The notes under the pieces are model-generated. The model was not told the DNA's origin. It searched no databases and saw only the letters and a list, made by a program, of their open reading frames with translations. A program made the translations under genes and the position numbers. A stretch of DNA of 64,000 nt from an uncultured Syntrophaceae bacterium (lineage in GTDB: Bacteria > Desulfobacterota > Syntrophia > Syntrophales > UBA6807), in NCBI GenBank assembly GCA_964523565.1, contig CAZGAK010000007.1, positions 306-64,305 on the forward strand, in the 5' to 3' direction. Of the stretch, positions 56,612 to 64,000 are shown piece after piece. How positions within the stretch are numbered: position 1 is the stretch's first letter; each line of letters opens with the position of its first letter.

Positions 56612-57853
56612 TTATTCGAGGAGATGAACAAATATCCCGCTTCGCAGCTTAGGTTCGAACCAGGTAGATTTCGGAGGCATCAGCTTGCCTGTATCTGCTA
56701 CATCCATCAGCTGTGTTAATGTCATAGGATACATGGAGAAGGCTACGGCATACTGGCCGGAATCTACCAGCCTTTCCAATTCCTCCATTCCTCTTACACC
56801 CCCCACGAAAGCAATCCTGTCATCCGTACGTAAATCACCAATACCCAGTATGGGCTTAAGCAAATGGTCCTGAAGGATGGACACGTCTAATATTCCGACA
56901 ACATCGTTTTCGTTATAAATATCCTCTTTTGCCCTTAACCTGTACCAGAAGCCTTTTATATACATTCCGAATTCATGGAATTGCTCAGGTGCTTTTTCAT
57001 TAAAATTATCCGTGAGGAAAAAGCTGTCACTAACCTTATCTAAAAACTCAGATTCGCTCAATCCTTTCAGATCTTTAACCACCCTGTTATAATCCATCAC
57101 CTTAAGCTGGTTGTGGGGAAAGATAACAGCCATCGTGTAATTGAATTCTTCGTTTTCATCATAATCGGGATTTTCTTCACGACGCATTTTAGCAACAGCT
57201 ACGGCCGACGCAGCCCTGTGATGACCGTCAGCTATATAAAATGAATCTACTGCTAAAAACTCACCCTTTATCGCATCAATTGTGTTTACATCATTTACGA
57301 CCCAGGCGGTATGAGAGATTCCGTCATCGGAACTAAAATCGTACTCCGAGGAACCTTCCACGAGCTTTGTAACGATTTCATCAATAGATTTCTGAGCCCT
57401 GTACGTTAAAAACACCGGCCCCGTTTGAGCGTTTAGCCTTGCAATATGCTTTGTTCGATCGGCCTGTATGTCAGATTTCGTTAATTCATGTTTTTTGATG
57501 CGGATCGATTCATACTCATCAACACTTGCACAGGCAACGATTCCATACTGTTCGTGATTTCCCATTCGCTGCCGATATATATAAAAACATGGTTCTTTGT
57601 CCTGAAGCAAAATCCCTTCATCCAGAAAGTTATAAAAATTCTCCCTGGCTTTTTCATATACTCTGTCGTCGTGAATATCAATTTCGGGAGACAAATCGAT
57701 TTCTGATTTTATAATATGCAAAAAACTTTTCGGATTTCCCTCCGCTATATTACGTGCTTCGTCCGAATCGATTATATCATATGGATACGAAGCCACGTCC
57801 CGTACAAATTTTTTGACCGGCCGTACGGCCTTAAAGGGCTTAACGATACACAT
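56612..57853 (-). CDS. DUF1015 protein
   Basis: Family-typical N-terminus VKPFKAVRP...YDIIDSDEAR and internal ADGHHR, 413 aa. Confidence 0.85.
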   Translation of the reverse strand: MCIVKPFKAVRPVKKFVRDVASYPYDIIDSDEARNIAEGNPKSFLHIIKSEIDLSPEIDIHDDRVYEKARENFYNFLDEGILLQDKEPCFYIYRQRMGNHEQYGIVACASVDEYESIRIKKHELTKSDIQADRTKHIARLNAQTGPVFLTYRAQKSIDEIVTKLVEGSSEYDFSSDDGISHTAWVVNDVNTIDAIKGEFLAVDSFYIADGHHRAASAVAVAKMRREENPDYDENEEFNYTMAVIFPHNQLKVMDYNRVVKDLKGLSESEFLDKVSDSFFLTDNFNEKAPEQFHEFGMYIKGFWYRLRAKEDIYNENDVVGILDVSILQDHLLKPILGIGDLRTDDRIAFVGGVRGMEELERLVDSGQYAVAFSMYPMTLTQLMDVADTGKLMPPKSTWFEPKLRSGIFVHLLE

Positions 57854-58009
57854 AACAATTCCTCTCCTCGGAGCCTTCTAACACAGCAGGCATGTTTAAA
57901 TCAATAGCCTTATTTTCCAGACATGAATGACGTTCTTGCAAAATCATCTATTGAGTAGTATGTAAACGCACCTGAACATCTTTAAATATCTTACAAGGAT
58001 GGAACATTT

Positions 58010-58489
58010 ATGACAATTGCCAGGGCATTTATCCACGGATTGGAAAGCAGCAGTCAGGGCACCAAGGGTGTTTACTTTAGAGAAATGTACCCCGACATGA
58101 TTATAGAAGACTATCCTGGAACTTTTGAAGAACGGATGATTAAACTTAATGACATCCTTGCCGGGAACAAAGAACTGATTTTAGTAGGATCAAGCTACGG
58201 CGGTTTGATGGCCGCCGTATTTACCTGTAAGAATGAAGAAAGGGTCAAAAAGCTCATCCTCTTGGCACCGGCCCTTAGCCTGGAAGAGTTTAAACCATAC
58301 CTGAACAAAAAGATTCAAGTCCCTGTTATTGTTTATCACGGCGCAAATGACGATGTTGTTCCTGTTGTTCCTGTTCAGAATATTGCGAAAGCTGTCTTCG
58401 AAAATATAAGTTACAATATTATAAATGATGATCATTCACTCCATAAAAATTTTGCCTCCCTGGACTGGAATGCCCTGCTGAGTATTTGA
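58010..58489 (+). CDS. Small alpha/beta hydrolase (YqiA-like esterase)
   Basis: Nucleophile elbow GSSYGG and a late D...H pair, 159 aa. Confidence 0.7.
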   Translation: MTIARAFIHGLESSSQGTKGVYFREMYPDMIIEDYPGTFEERMIKLNDILAGNKELILVGSSYGGLMAAVFTCKNEERVKKLILLAPALSLEEFKPYLNKKIQVPVIVYHGANDDVVPVVPVQNIAKAVFENISYNIINDDHSLHKNFASLDWNALLSI

Positions 58490-58589
58490 CTTACCTGTTT
58501 ACGAATACTCCAGCACTTCAACTAATTCCTTGACATGACACGTTAATTACCATATCGTTACCTCATTATTCGGGGGATCACCAGAAACT

Positions 58590-59000
58590 ATGTATTCAAG
58601 AAAAGTAATTATTCATTATTCGGCGGATATTGTGGATCAACCCATAGTACACCGCCTCGTAAAAGATTATAACCTGGCCTTTAATATACTGAAAGCAAGG
58701 ATATTTCCAAGGCGGGAAGGTCTGTTGGTTCTTGATTTAGTTGGTACAAAAGAAAATTTTGATGAAGGAATACGTTACCTGAAAAAATCCGGAGTTAGAG
58801 TCGAACCACTTTCTGACAGGGTAACGCAGAATATGGAAAAGTGTGTTCATTGCGGAGCATGTGTCGCCTTTTGTGCAGCAGGCGCATTATATCTCGACAA
58901 AAAAACGATGAAGGTTCTCTTTGATCCTGAAAAGTGCAACGGCTGTGAATTATGTGTCACGGCGTGTCCGGTCAGGGCTATGGAAATCGATCTTCTTTAA
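58590..59000 (+). CDS. NIL-domain protein fused to 2x[4Fe-4S] ferredoxin
   Basis: N-terminal NIL-like domain (IVDQPIVHRLVKDYNLAFNILKARI) plus CVHCGACVAFC and CNGCELCVTACP. A candidate promoter (TTGACA, 17-nt spacer, TATCGT) lies at about 58531-58559. Confidence 0.8.
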   Translation: MYSRKVIIHYSADIVDQPIVHRLVKDYNLAFNILKARIFPRREGLLVLDLVGTKENFDEGIRYLKKSGVRVEPLSDRVTQNMEKCVHCGACVAFCAAGALYLDKKTMKVLFDPEKCNGCELCVTACPVRAMEIDLL

Positions 59001-59028
59001 ACTAAGGGTATTTCATGACAAACCCTGA

Positions 59029-59379
59029 TTACTTGTCTCGTATCTTTTCCTCTTTTTCCCTCATTGATTTTTCAACATCCACGGCAAGGTCTTTTCCCTT
59101 TTTCAGTACACGTTTACCCACCTCAACTACACTTTTACCTTTTTCAGTTACCTTTCCGGTCTGATTTTTGACCTCACTTACTGCGCTTTTCACATTGTCA
59201 GGAAATTTCTCAGGAGCTTTGTAATAAAAATACCCGGAGACAGCTATCAGAATGAGTCCGCATATGAGTGCCAGCTTCAATAGCTTCTTGATAACAAAGT
59301 AGACCATGAAAAGTATTATAACGGCAACAGCGATAGCAGCCAAGGGATGGGTTGATAAATAATGGAAAAAATTATCCAC
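59029..59379 (-). CDS. Two-TM protein with Lys-rich tail
   Basis: Two hydrophobic helices followed by a charged KxK-rich C-terminus. It is the last gene of the FHA/PP2C/kinase string. Confidence 0.5.
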   Translation of the reverse strand: MDNFFHYLSTHPLAAIAVAVIILFMVYFVIKKLLKLALICGLILIAVSGYFYYKAPEKFPDNVKSAVSEVKNQTGKVTEKGKSVVEVGKRVLKKGKDLAVDVEKSMREKEEKIRDK

Positions 59380-59419
59380 TGCAAAACCTCCGGAATGAGG
59401 GAATTAGTTGCTTTCCCGT

Positions 59420-60136
59420 TTATTCTTTAAGATAAAACTGCAATTTGATACCGGCAACTTCTACGATGTCACCATCTTTCAGATCATATCTTTGAGTCAC
59501 TTCTTCACCATTAATTTTCAGCGGCTTTTTACCGGAAGGGCTGATGAAATAACATTCTTTTCTCCTGTTTACAAGGGCAGCAACCTTAGGAGCGAAGAAA
59601 CCTTTCAAGCGGATACCGGCACTTTCATCCTTGCCAATTGTGGTTACTCTTTCTTTCAGTTCATACTCTCCCATATCAGTGGAACCTTCAATAATAATAA
59701 AGCCGCCAAGAACTTCCAATTTTTCAGTAGAAGTCAGGATTTTTTCCTGTTCCCGCGGATCAATTACCATCGTTTCATCCATCGAGATACCCCTTATGGG
59801 AGCGTTGATCCCCTTGTCACGCTTGTGTTCCTCAGATAGAAACTCCAGGGTGTGCTTTCCAATTAAAATTACATCGCCGTTACTAAGAATACTCTTGGAA
59901 ACTTTTTTCCCATCTACAAAAGTTCCATTGAGACTGTTCAAATCCTCGATATAAAAGTTTTCACCCTCTTTAAGGATTTTGGCATGAAATCCTGAAACAC
60001 CAATATTATCGATAACTATATCATTTTCCGATTTTCTACCGATCGTAGTGGCCTCCTTCTCAAGTGGTAAATCCTTTATTACAGCATCTTTAAATTTGAG
60101 GAGAATCTTCGCCATACCTTTCACCCCCTGAACCAT
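59420..60136 (-). CDS. Tandem FHA-domain protein
   Basis: Two FHA cores (TTIGRKSENDIVID...SGFHA...NGTFVDG and TTIGKDESAGIRL...). Confidence 0.85.
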   Translation of the reverse strand: MVQGVKGMAKILLKFKDAVIKDLPLEKEATTIGRKSENDIVIDNIGVSGFHAKILKEGENFYIEDLNSLNGTFVDGKKVSKSILSNGDVILIGKHTLEFLSEEHKRDKGINAPIRGISMDETMVIDPREQEKILTSTEKLEVLGGFIIIEGSTDMGEYELKERVTTIGKDESAGIRLKGFFAPKVAALVNRRKECYFISPSGKKPLKINGEEVTQRYDLKDGDIVEVAGIKLQFYLKE

Positions 60137-60927
60137 TGTAAAAGTTTTAATAAATAAGAAAGCCAGTTGCTCTTCTTGATATAAGCCACAATAACTGTGA
60201 TATTATCTTTACCGCCGTTATCATTTGCCATATCAATAAGCCTTTCGCATGCTACCGCCGGATCATTGGCCGATGTAACGACAGAAAGTATATCATCGTC
60301 CGAAACCATTGCGCTGAGGCCATCGGAACAGAGAATCAGGATATCACCACCAGCTAATGTGAGTTCATCAAGGTCTACATCAATCTCTTCGCGGATACCC
60401 AAAGCCCTGGTGAGAATATGCTTCCTGTCGGATACTTCAGCTTCTTCCTTCGTTAACAGTTCCCGCCTCACCTGCTCATGGACCAGCGTATGATCGTCAG
60501 TAAGCTGTTCTATATAGCCGGCCCTTACAAGATAAACCCTGCTATCTCCTACATGAACTATGCTCAGCCTTTTGTCATTGAGTGAGACTGCATCTAGTGT
60601 TGTACCCATTCCCTGCCACTCCGGGTTACTTTGTGACGCTTCATGGATAGCCATGTTGGCGAGTCGCACTGCCGAACCAACTCTGTTCGTCGTTTCGGAG
60701 AATTCCTCATTGTACTTACCGATCAATTTTTCTTTCTCGCCAATTATGTTGTCAAAATAATCCCTGATAATGTCGATGGCCATCTTGCTCGCAATTTCCC
60801 CAGAGGCATGTCCTCCCATGCCATCCGCAACGACGAGGAGACCTTTTTCTTCCGAAATATAGAAATTATCCTCGTTGTTCGGCCTGACAAGACCTTGATC
60901 GGTTCTGGCAACGGCTAATAATTTCAA
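60121..60927 (-). CDS. PP2C-family Ser/Thr phosphatase
   Basis: NEDNF, ADGMGGH, CSDGL and DNITV motifs. The 3' end overlaps the FHA gene by 16 nt. Confidence 0.9.
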   Translation of the reverse strand: MKLLAVARTDQGLVRPNNEDNFYISEEKGLLVVADGMGGHASGEIASKMAIDIIRDYFDNIIGEKEKLIGKYNEEFSETTNRVGSAVRLANMAIHEASQSNPEWQGMGTTLDAVSLNDKRLSIVHVGDSRVYLVRAGYIEQLTDDHTLVHEQVRRELLTKEEAEVSDRKHILTRALGIREEIDVDLDELTLAGGDILILCSDGLSAMVSDDDILSVVTSANDPAVACERLIDMANDNGGKDNITVIVAYIKKSNWLSYLLKLLQWFRG

Positions 60928-60961
60928 TGCTACCTCCTATGATAAGCACTTTGCAAAGGTC

Positions 60962-63439
60962 TCATGATTTCATGCTCTCTGCAAGTTCTTTTGCCATTTC
61001 CATTCCACTCTGATATCGCTTATCTCTATCCTTGGCAAGGATCTTTTCAATAACAGCAGCACATTTTTCCGGAACATTCGGTGCCACGTCATGAAGCGGG
61101 GACGGTGGAGACGTCGTAATGTTGTACATGAGTGTAGCCAGGCTTTCTCCCTTGAATGGTTTTTCACCAGTCAGAAGTTCGTAGAGAACTACTCCGAGAG
61201 AAAACAGGTCAGAACATCCGTCCACTTTCTGTCCCGCAATCTGTTCCGGCGACATGTAACTGGGTGTGCCGAGAATGATACCCGTTTGGGTCTTTGAGCT
61301 GGCTATAACCCTGGCAATCCCGAAATCCGTCACCTTAACTTCACCATTACTTAAAATCATGATGTTTGCCGGTTTAATATCCCTGTGGATGACTCCGCTG
61401 CGATGAGCGTAATCAAGGGCTTGAGCGACTGACGTAATGATCCTCAGGATCTTACTAAGAGGAAGAAGGTTGTCCTTCTGACAATATTGTTCCAGGTCTG
61501 ACCCGTCGAGAAGCTCCATGGCCATGAAGGCAATATCATAATCTTCACCTACATCGTAAATAGTTACAATGTTGGGATGGGTAAGTTTTCCAACAGCTTC
61601 CGCCTCTTTGAAAAATCTTTTTTTCACCTCGGCAATCTGCGCTTCATCTACCTCTTCATAACGGAGGGTTTTGATTGCCACCTCCCTGCTAATTTTCGGG
61701 TCTTTACCCATGTACACCGTCCCCATGGCACCCTTTCCCAATTCCTTTATAATTTCATAGCGCCCGAGGGTTGGCTTCGTCTCGGCACTTTCCACCAGCA
61801 CCGTGGCATCCTTTCTCCCGCCACCCATTCCAAAGATCATTGTTTCACCAGCTGCCGTAAGCTTCTTTGTCTTCTCATCAATATCCTTGAATTTCCCTGC
61901 CTGCATAATATGTTCGTAAACTGCAACTGCCTTGTTAAACATCCGTTTTCTCTCAAAATCGAGGCCGAGATTATAGATCAGTTCTTTTACAGATTCATCT
62001 TCAACTGGACATTTCCTGAATTTATCGAAGGCCAGATCTAACATGCCCTGACCCTGGAAAGACAGCCCAAGCATCTTGTTGGTTTCAACGCCGTCAGCCT
62101 CAATGTGTTCCTTTGTCTTCTCCGTGAAGAAATATCGTTTTGATACAATAACGGTATAGCCTACCAGGAGGAGCAGGAACGGAGAAAGAACCTTGATCCA
62201 GTATCCTTTCGCAACCAGAAGATATACCGCCGTGCTACTCCAGGCCAGAAGAAGTATTATAGACATAATGGCACTGGTGCCTGCCTTCAATCTTGGTATT
62301 ACAAGGGAAAGAAATATTCCGAAAATTAAAATAACGCCGAGTTCAAGGAAGAATGCCCAGGAGGGTCTTGCGATGTGTTTGTCACTGAGGATATTATCAA
62401 TGACATTGGCTATGATCACACCGGATGGAACACTGGTACCAGTCGGTGTAACGTACATAGTACCAAGACCGCTCGCGCTGTGAGCAATAATAACAATCTT
62501 GTTTTTGAATACCCCGGAAGGCACTTTGTTGTTAATCACATCAACAAAAGAATATGTGGGGTATTTCTCGCTGAAACTGATGAGCATCTGGTTGTTTTCA
62601 TTGACAGGAATGTTGATATTTCCAATTCTTAACTCATTGAAGCCTGCAGAGAGATCCTTTATGTCAAGATTTTGATACTTTAAAGCCAACTGCAGGGCAA
62701 AGGTGGGGAAAAAGCGGTTTTCGTAACTTATCAATAAAGGCTCTCTTCGCAACGTTCCATCCACGTCGGCAATAGTATTTATATGTCCCAGCGCTATCGA
62801 TTGTGCAGCAAAATCGGGAATTGGAGGGACAATTTCCTGAGCGGTAATAAAATTTCCCAGGTTCGACAAAGATACAGAATTACGCTTGAGATAATCGGGC
62901 ATTTTGGATTCGTCATTCAGAAATGGAGCACCAAGGACAAAGTAAAGGGGCAAGACCACTCTTTTACTTGATGAAATAGCTTCGGCAAGTATGGCATCAT
63001 TATCCAGTTCTTTTTCGGCTTCTCGTAAAGATAAATAGATTTGACGTAAAGCATCGTTTTCAAGCAAACCGGCATCAGCCTCTACCTTTCCAAGGATCTT
63101 TCGTATTTCCAGTAATCCCTGGTTGAAATCACTTTCCGAATAGAGGATGTCCACACCAATTATCCTTGAGCCGTAGTTCCGAAGTGCATCGATCACATTT
63201 GCAATGTAGCCTCTCGGCCATGGCCAACGGCCTATCCTGGCGATACTTTCATCATCGATTGCCACTATCACGATTGGAGAAGATGAAGAATTATCTTGCA
63301 GCCTTGACTCCAGATCGTAAACCCTGCATTCCATTACATCCAGTGGCGTCCATGAAAAATAGGAAGCTGAAAATGCCAGCAGCATCAGGAGAAATCCGAT
63401 AATAAGATCTGGAAGAATCGATTTTTTACCCCTTTTCAT
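60962..63439 (-). CDS. CHASE2 sensor - TM - Ser/Thr protein kinase
   Basis: N-terminal CHASE2 (IVIVAIDDESIARIGRWPWPR), 3-4 TM helices, and a C-terminal Hanks kinase (GKGAMGTVY, HRDIKPAN, DFGIA, SPE). Confidence 0.9.
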   Translation of the reverse strand: MKRGKKSILPDLIIGFLLMLLAFSASYFSWTPLDVMECRVYDLESRLQDNSSSSPIVIVAIDDESIARIGRWPWPRGYIANVIDALRNYGSRIIGVDILYSESDFNQGLLEIRKILGKVEADAGLLENDALRQIYLSLREAEKELDNDAILAEAISSSKRVVLPLYFVLGAPFLNDESKMPDYLKRNSVSLSNLGNFITAQEIVPPIPDFAAQSIALGHINTIADVDGTLRREPLLISYENRFFPTFALQLALKYQNLDIKDLSAGFNELRIGNINIPVNENNQMLISFSEKYPTYSFVDVINNKVPSGVFKNKIVIIAHSASGLGTMYVTPTGTSVPSGVIIANVIDNILSDKHIARPSWAFFLELGVILIFGIFLSLVIPRLKAGTSAIMSIILLLAWSSTAVYLLVAKGYWIKVLSPFLLLLVGYTVIVSKRYFFTEKTKEHIEADGVETNKMLGLSFQGQGMLDLAFDKFRKCPVEDESVKELIYNLGLDFERKRMFNKAVAVYEHIMQAGKFKDIDEKTKKLTAAGETMIFGMGGGRKDATVLVESAETKPTLGRYEIIKELGKGAMGTVYMGKDPKISREVAIKTLRYEEVDEAQIAEVKKRFFKEAEAVGKLTHPNIVTIYDVGEDYDIAFMAMELLDGSDLEQYCQKDNLLPLSKILRIITSVAQALDYAHRSGVIHRDIKPANIMILSNGEVKVTDFGIARVIASSKTQTGIILGTPSYMSPEQIAGQKVDGCSDLFSLGVVLYELLTGEKPFKGESLATLMYNITTSPPSPLHDVAPNVPEKCAAVIEKILAKDRDKRYQSGMEMAKELAESMKS

Positions 63440-63485
63440 GCTCTCCCTTTACCCATAAATTAAATCTTACTTCACAATTACCTGT

Positions 63486-64000
63486 TCAACGATTATTTCG
63501 CTCTTCAAGAGAAACCTCTATATCACGTACCGCTTCATCTCTTGATTTGTTCCAATCAACCCATTCATTTTTATCCTGTTCTTCGGTGAATGCCTCCGGC
63601 TTTTCGGCTATACCATCACTGCTTATCCGAATTTGCTGCATTGATCTGACAATAAACGTCCACTCTTCCATCGTTACTTTCCTGGGCCCCGGAACCGGCG
63701 TCGGACCGGGAATTTTTTCCGGAGGCCCCGGCGGTTTTGGCAGTGCAACAGTTTCTATCCCCTTGGAAACATTTACCTCTCCATCATAAGTCCTTATTAA
63801 AATGGATTGATCCTCATTAACATTCATCCTGAAAACTGTTCCCCTGATACCGCAGACTGCATTCGTGGCAGATATTTTCATCCTGGGTTTCAATCCAAAA
63901 AAGAATTTTCTTATACTTGTCCAGGTTCTTCCAAAGGCAACTTTGACTCTGACATCTCTTTTCCCCGATTTTTTACTGCAGTGAATCTGACGGATCTTAA
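63486..64000 (-). CDS. FecR-domain protein, 5' end outside window
   Basis: GIRGTVFRM...YDGEVNV FecR-like beta strands followed by a Pro-rich linker. The frame is open to the window edge. Confidence 0.7.
   Translation of the reverse strand, partial: KIRQIHCSKKSGKRDVRVKVAFGRTWTSIRKFFFGLKPRMKISATNAVCGIRGTVFRMNVNEDQSILIRTYDGEVNVSKGIETVALPKPPGPPEKIPGPTPVPGPRKVTMEEWTFIVRSMQQIRISSDGIAEKPEAFTEEQDKNEWVDWNKSRDEAVRDIEVSLEERNNR

Overview
This is a 64-kb chromosomal segment from a moderately AT-rich bacterium. The gene content (four-subunit 2-oxoacid:ferredoxin oxidoreductase, FeoAB, radical-SAM genes, NIL-ferredoxin) points to an anaerobe of the Desulfobacterota/Nitrospirota kind, but the taxon cannot be fixed from sequence alone. 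Most of the window is housekeeping: phoH-pgpH-ybeY; an MltD-like gene; corC-lnt-prfB (prfB carries the classical +1 frameshift, which the ORF track misses); tRNA-Pro(GGG)/tRNA-Leu-tig-clpP-clpX-lon-tRNA-Val/tRNA-Asp; folP-acpS-tsaE-lysC-comEA; ftsH; tilS; a DUF2520 reductase-like gene plus panB behind a structured leader; feoAB; the KOR operon plus an ACT gene; rmuC; rdgB-rph-amidase-spoT-proS-ispG; miaA; a MATE pump; and a FecR/CHASE2-kinase/PP2C/FHA signalling cassette. Three things stand out. (1) An ~8-kb accessory island sits on the 3' side of tRNA-Pro(TGG), at 36.5-44.7 kb. It holds VapBC, a DUF3024 gene, an internally gutted C5-cytosine methyltransferase fused in operon with a PLD-nuclease/SF2-helicase/DUF3427 protein (SauUSI architecture), a small Zn-ribbon ORF, a RhuM-Doc protein and a SEC-C protein. 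Its far edge is a junction of two truncated genes. (2) A modular MITE-like family built on the hairpin GTCATTCCCGCGAAAGCGGGAATCC occurs as four long copies plus one solo core. (3) Heptanucleotide tandem arrays occur in intergenic spacers at about ten loci, and several 7-mer families recur at two loci each (STRR-like). Smaller points are a radical-SAM gene (CX4CX2C) translationally coupled to a 9-Cys mini-protein, an rdgB gene with no canonical start (CTG overlapping the rph stop), and a second tRNA-adjacent mini-island with a TA pair and an IS remnant. No CRISPR array, rRNA or intact transposase was seen.
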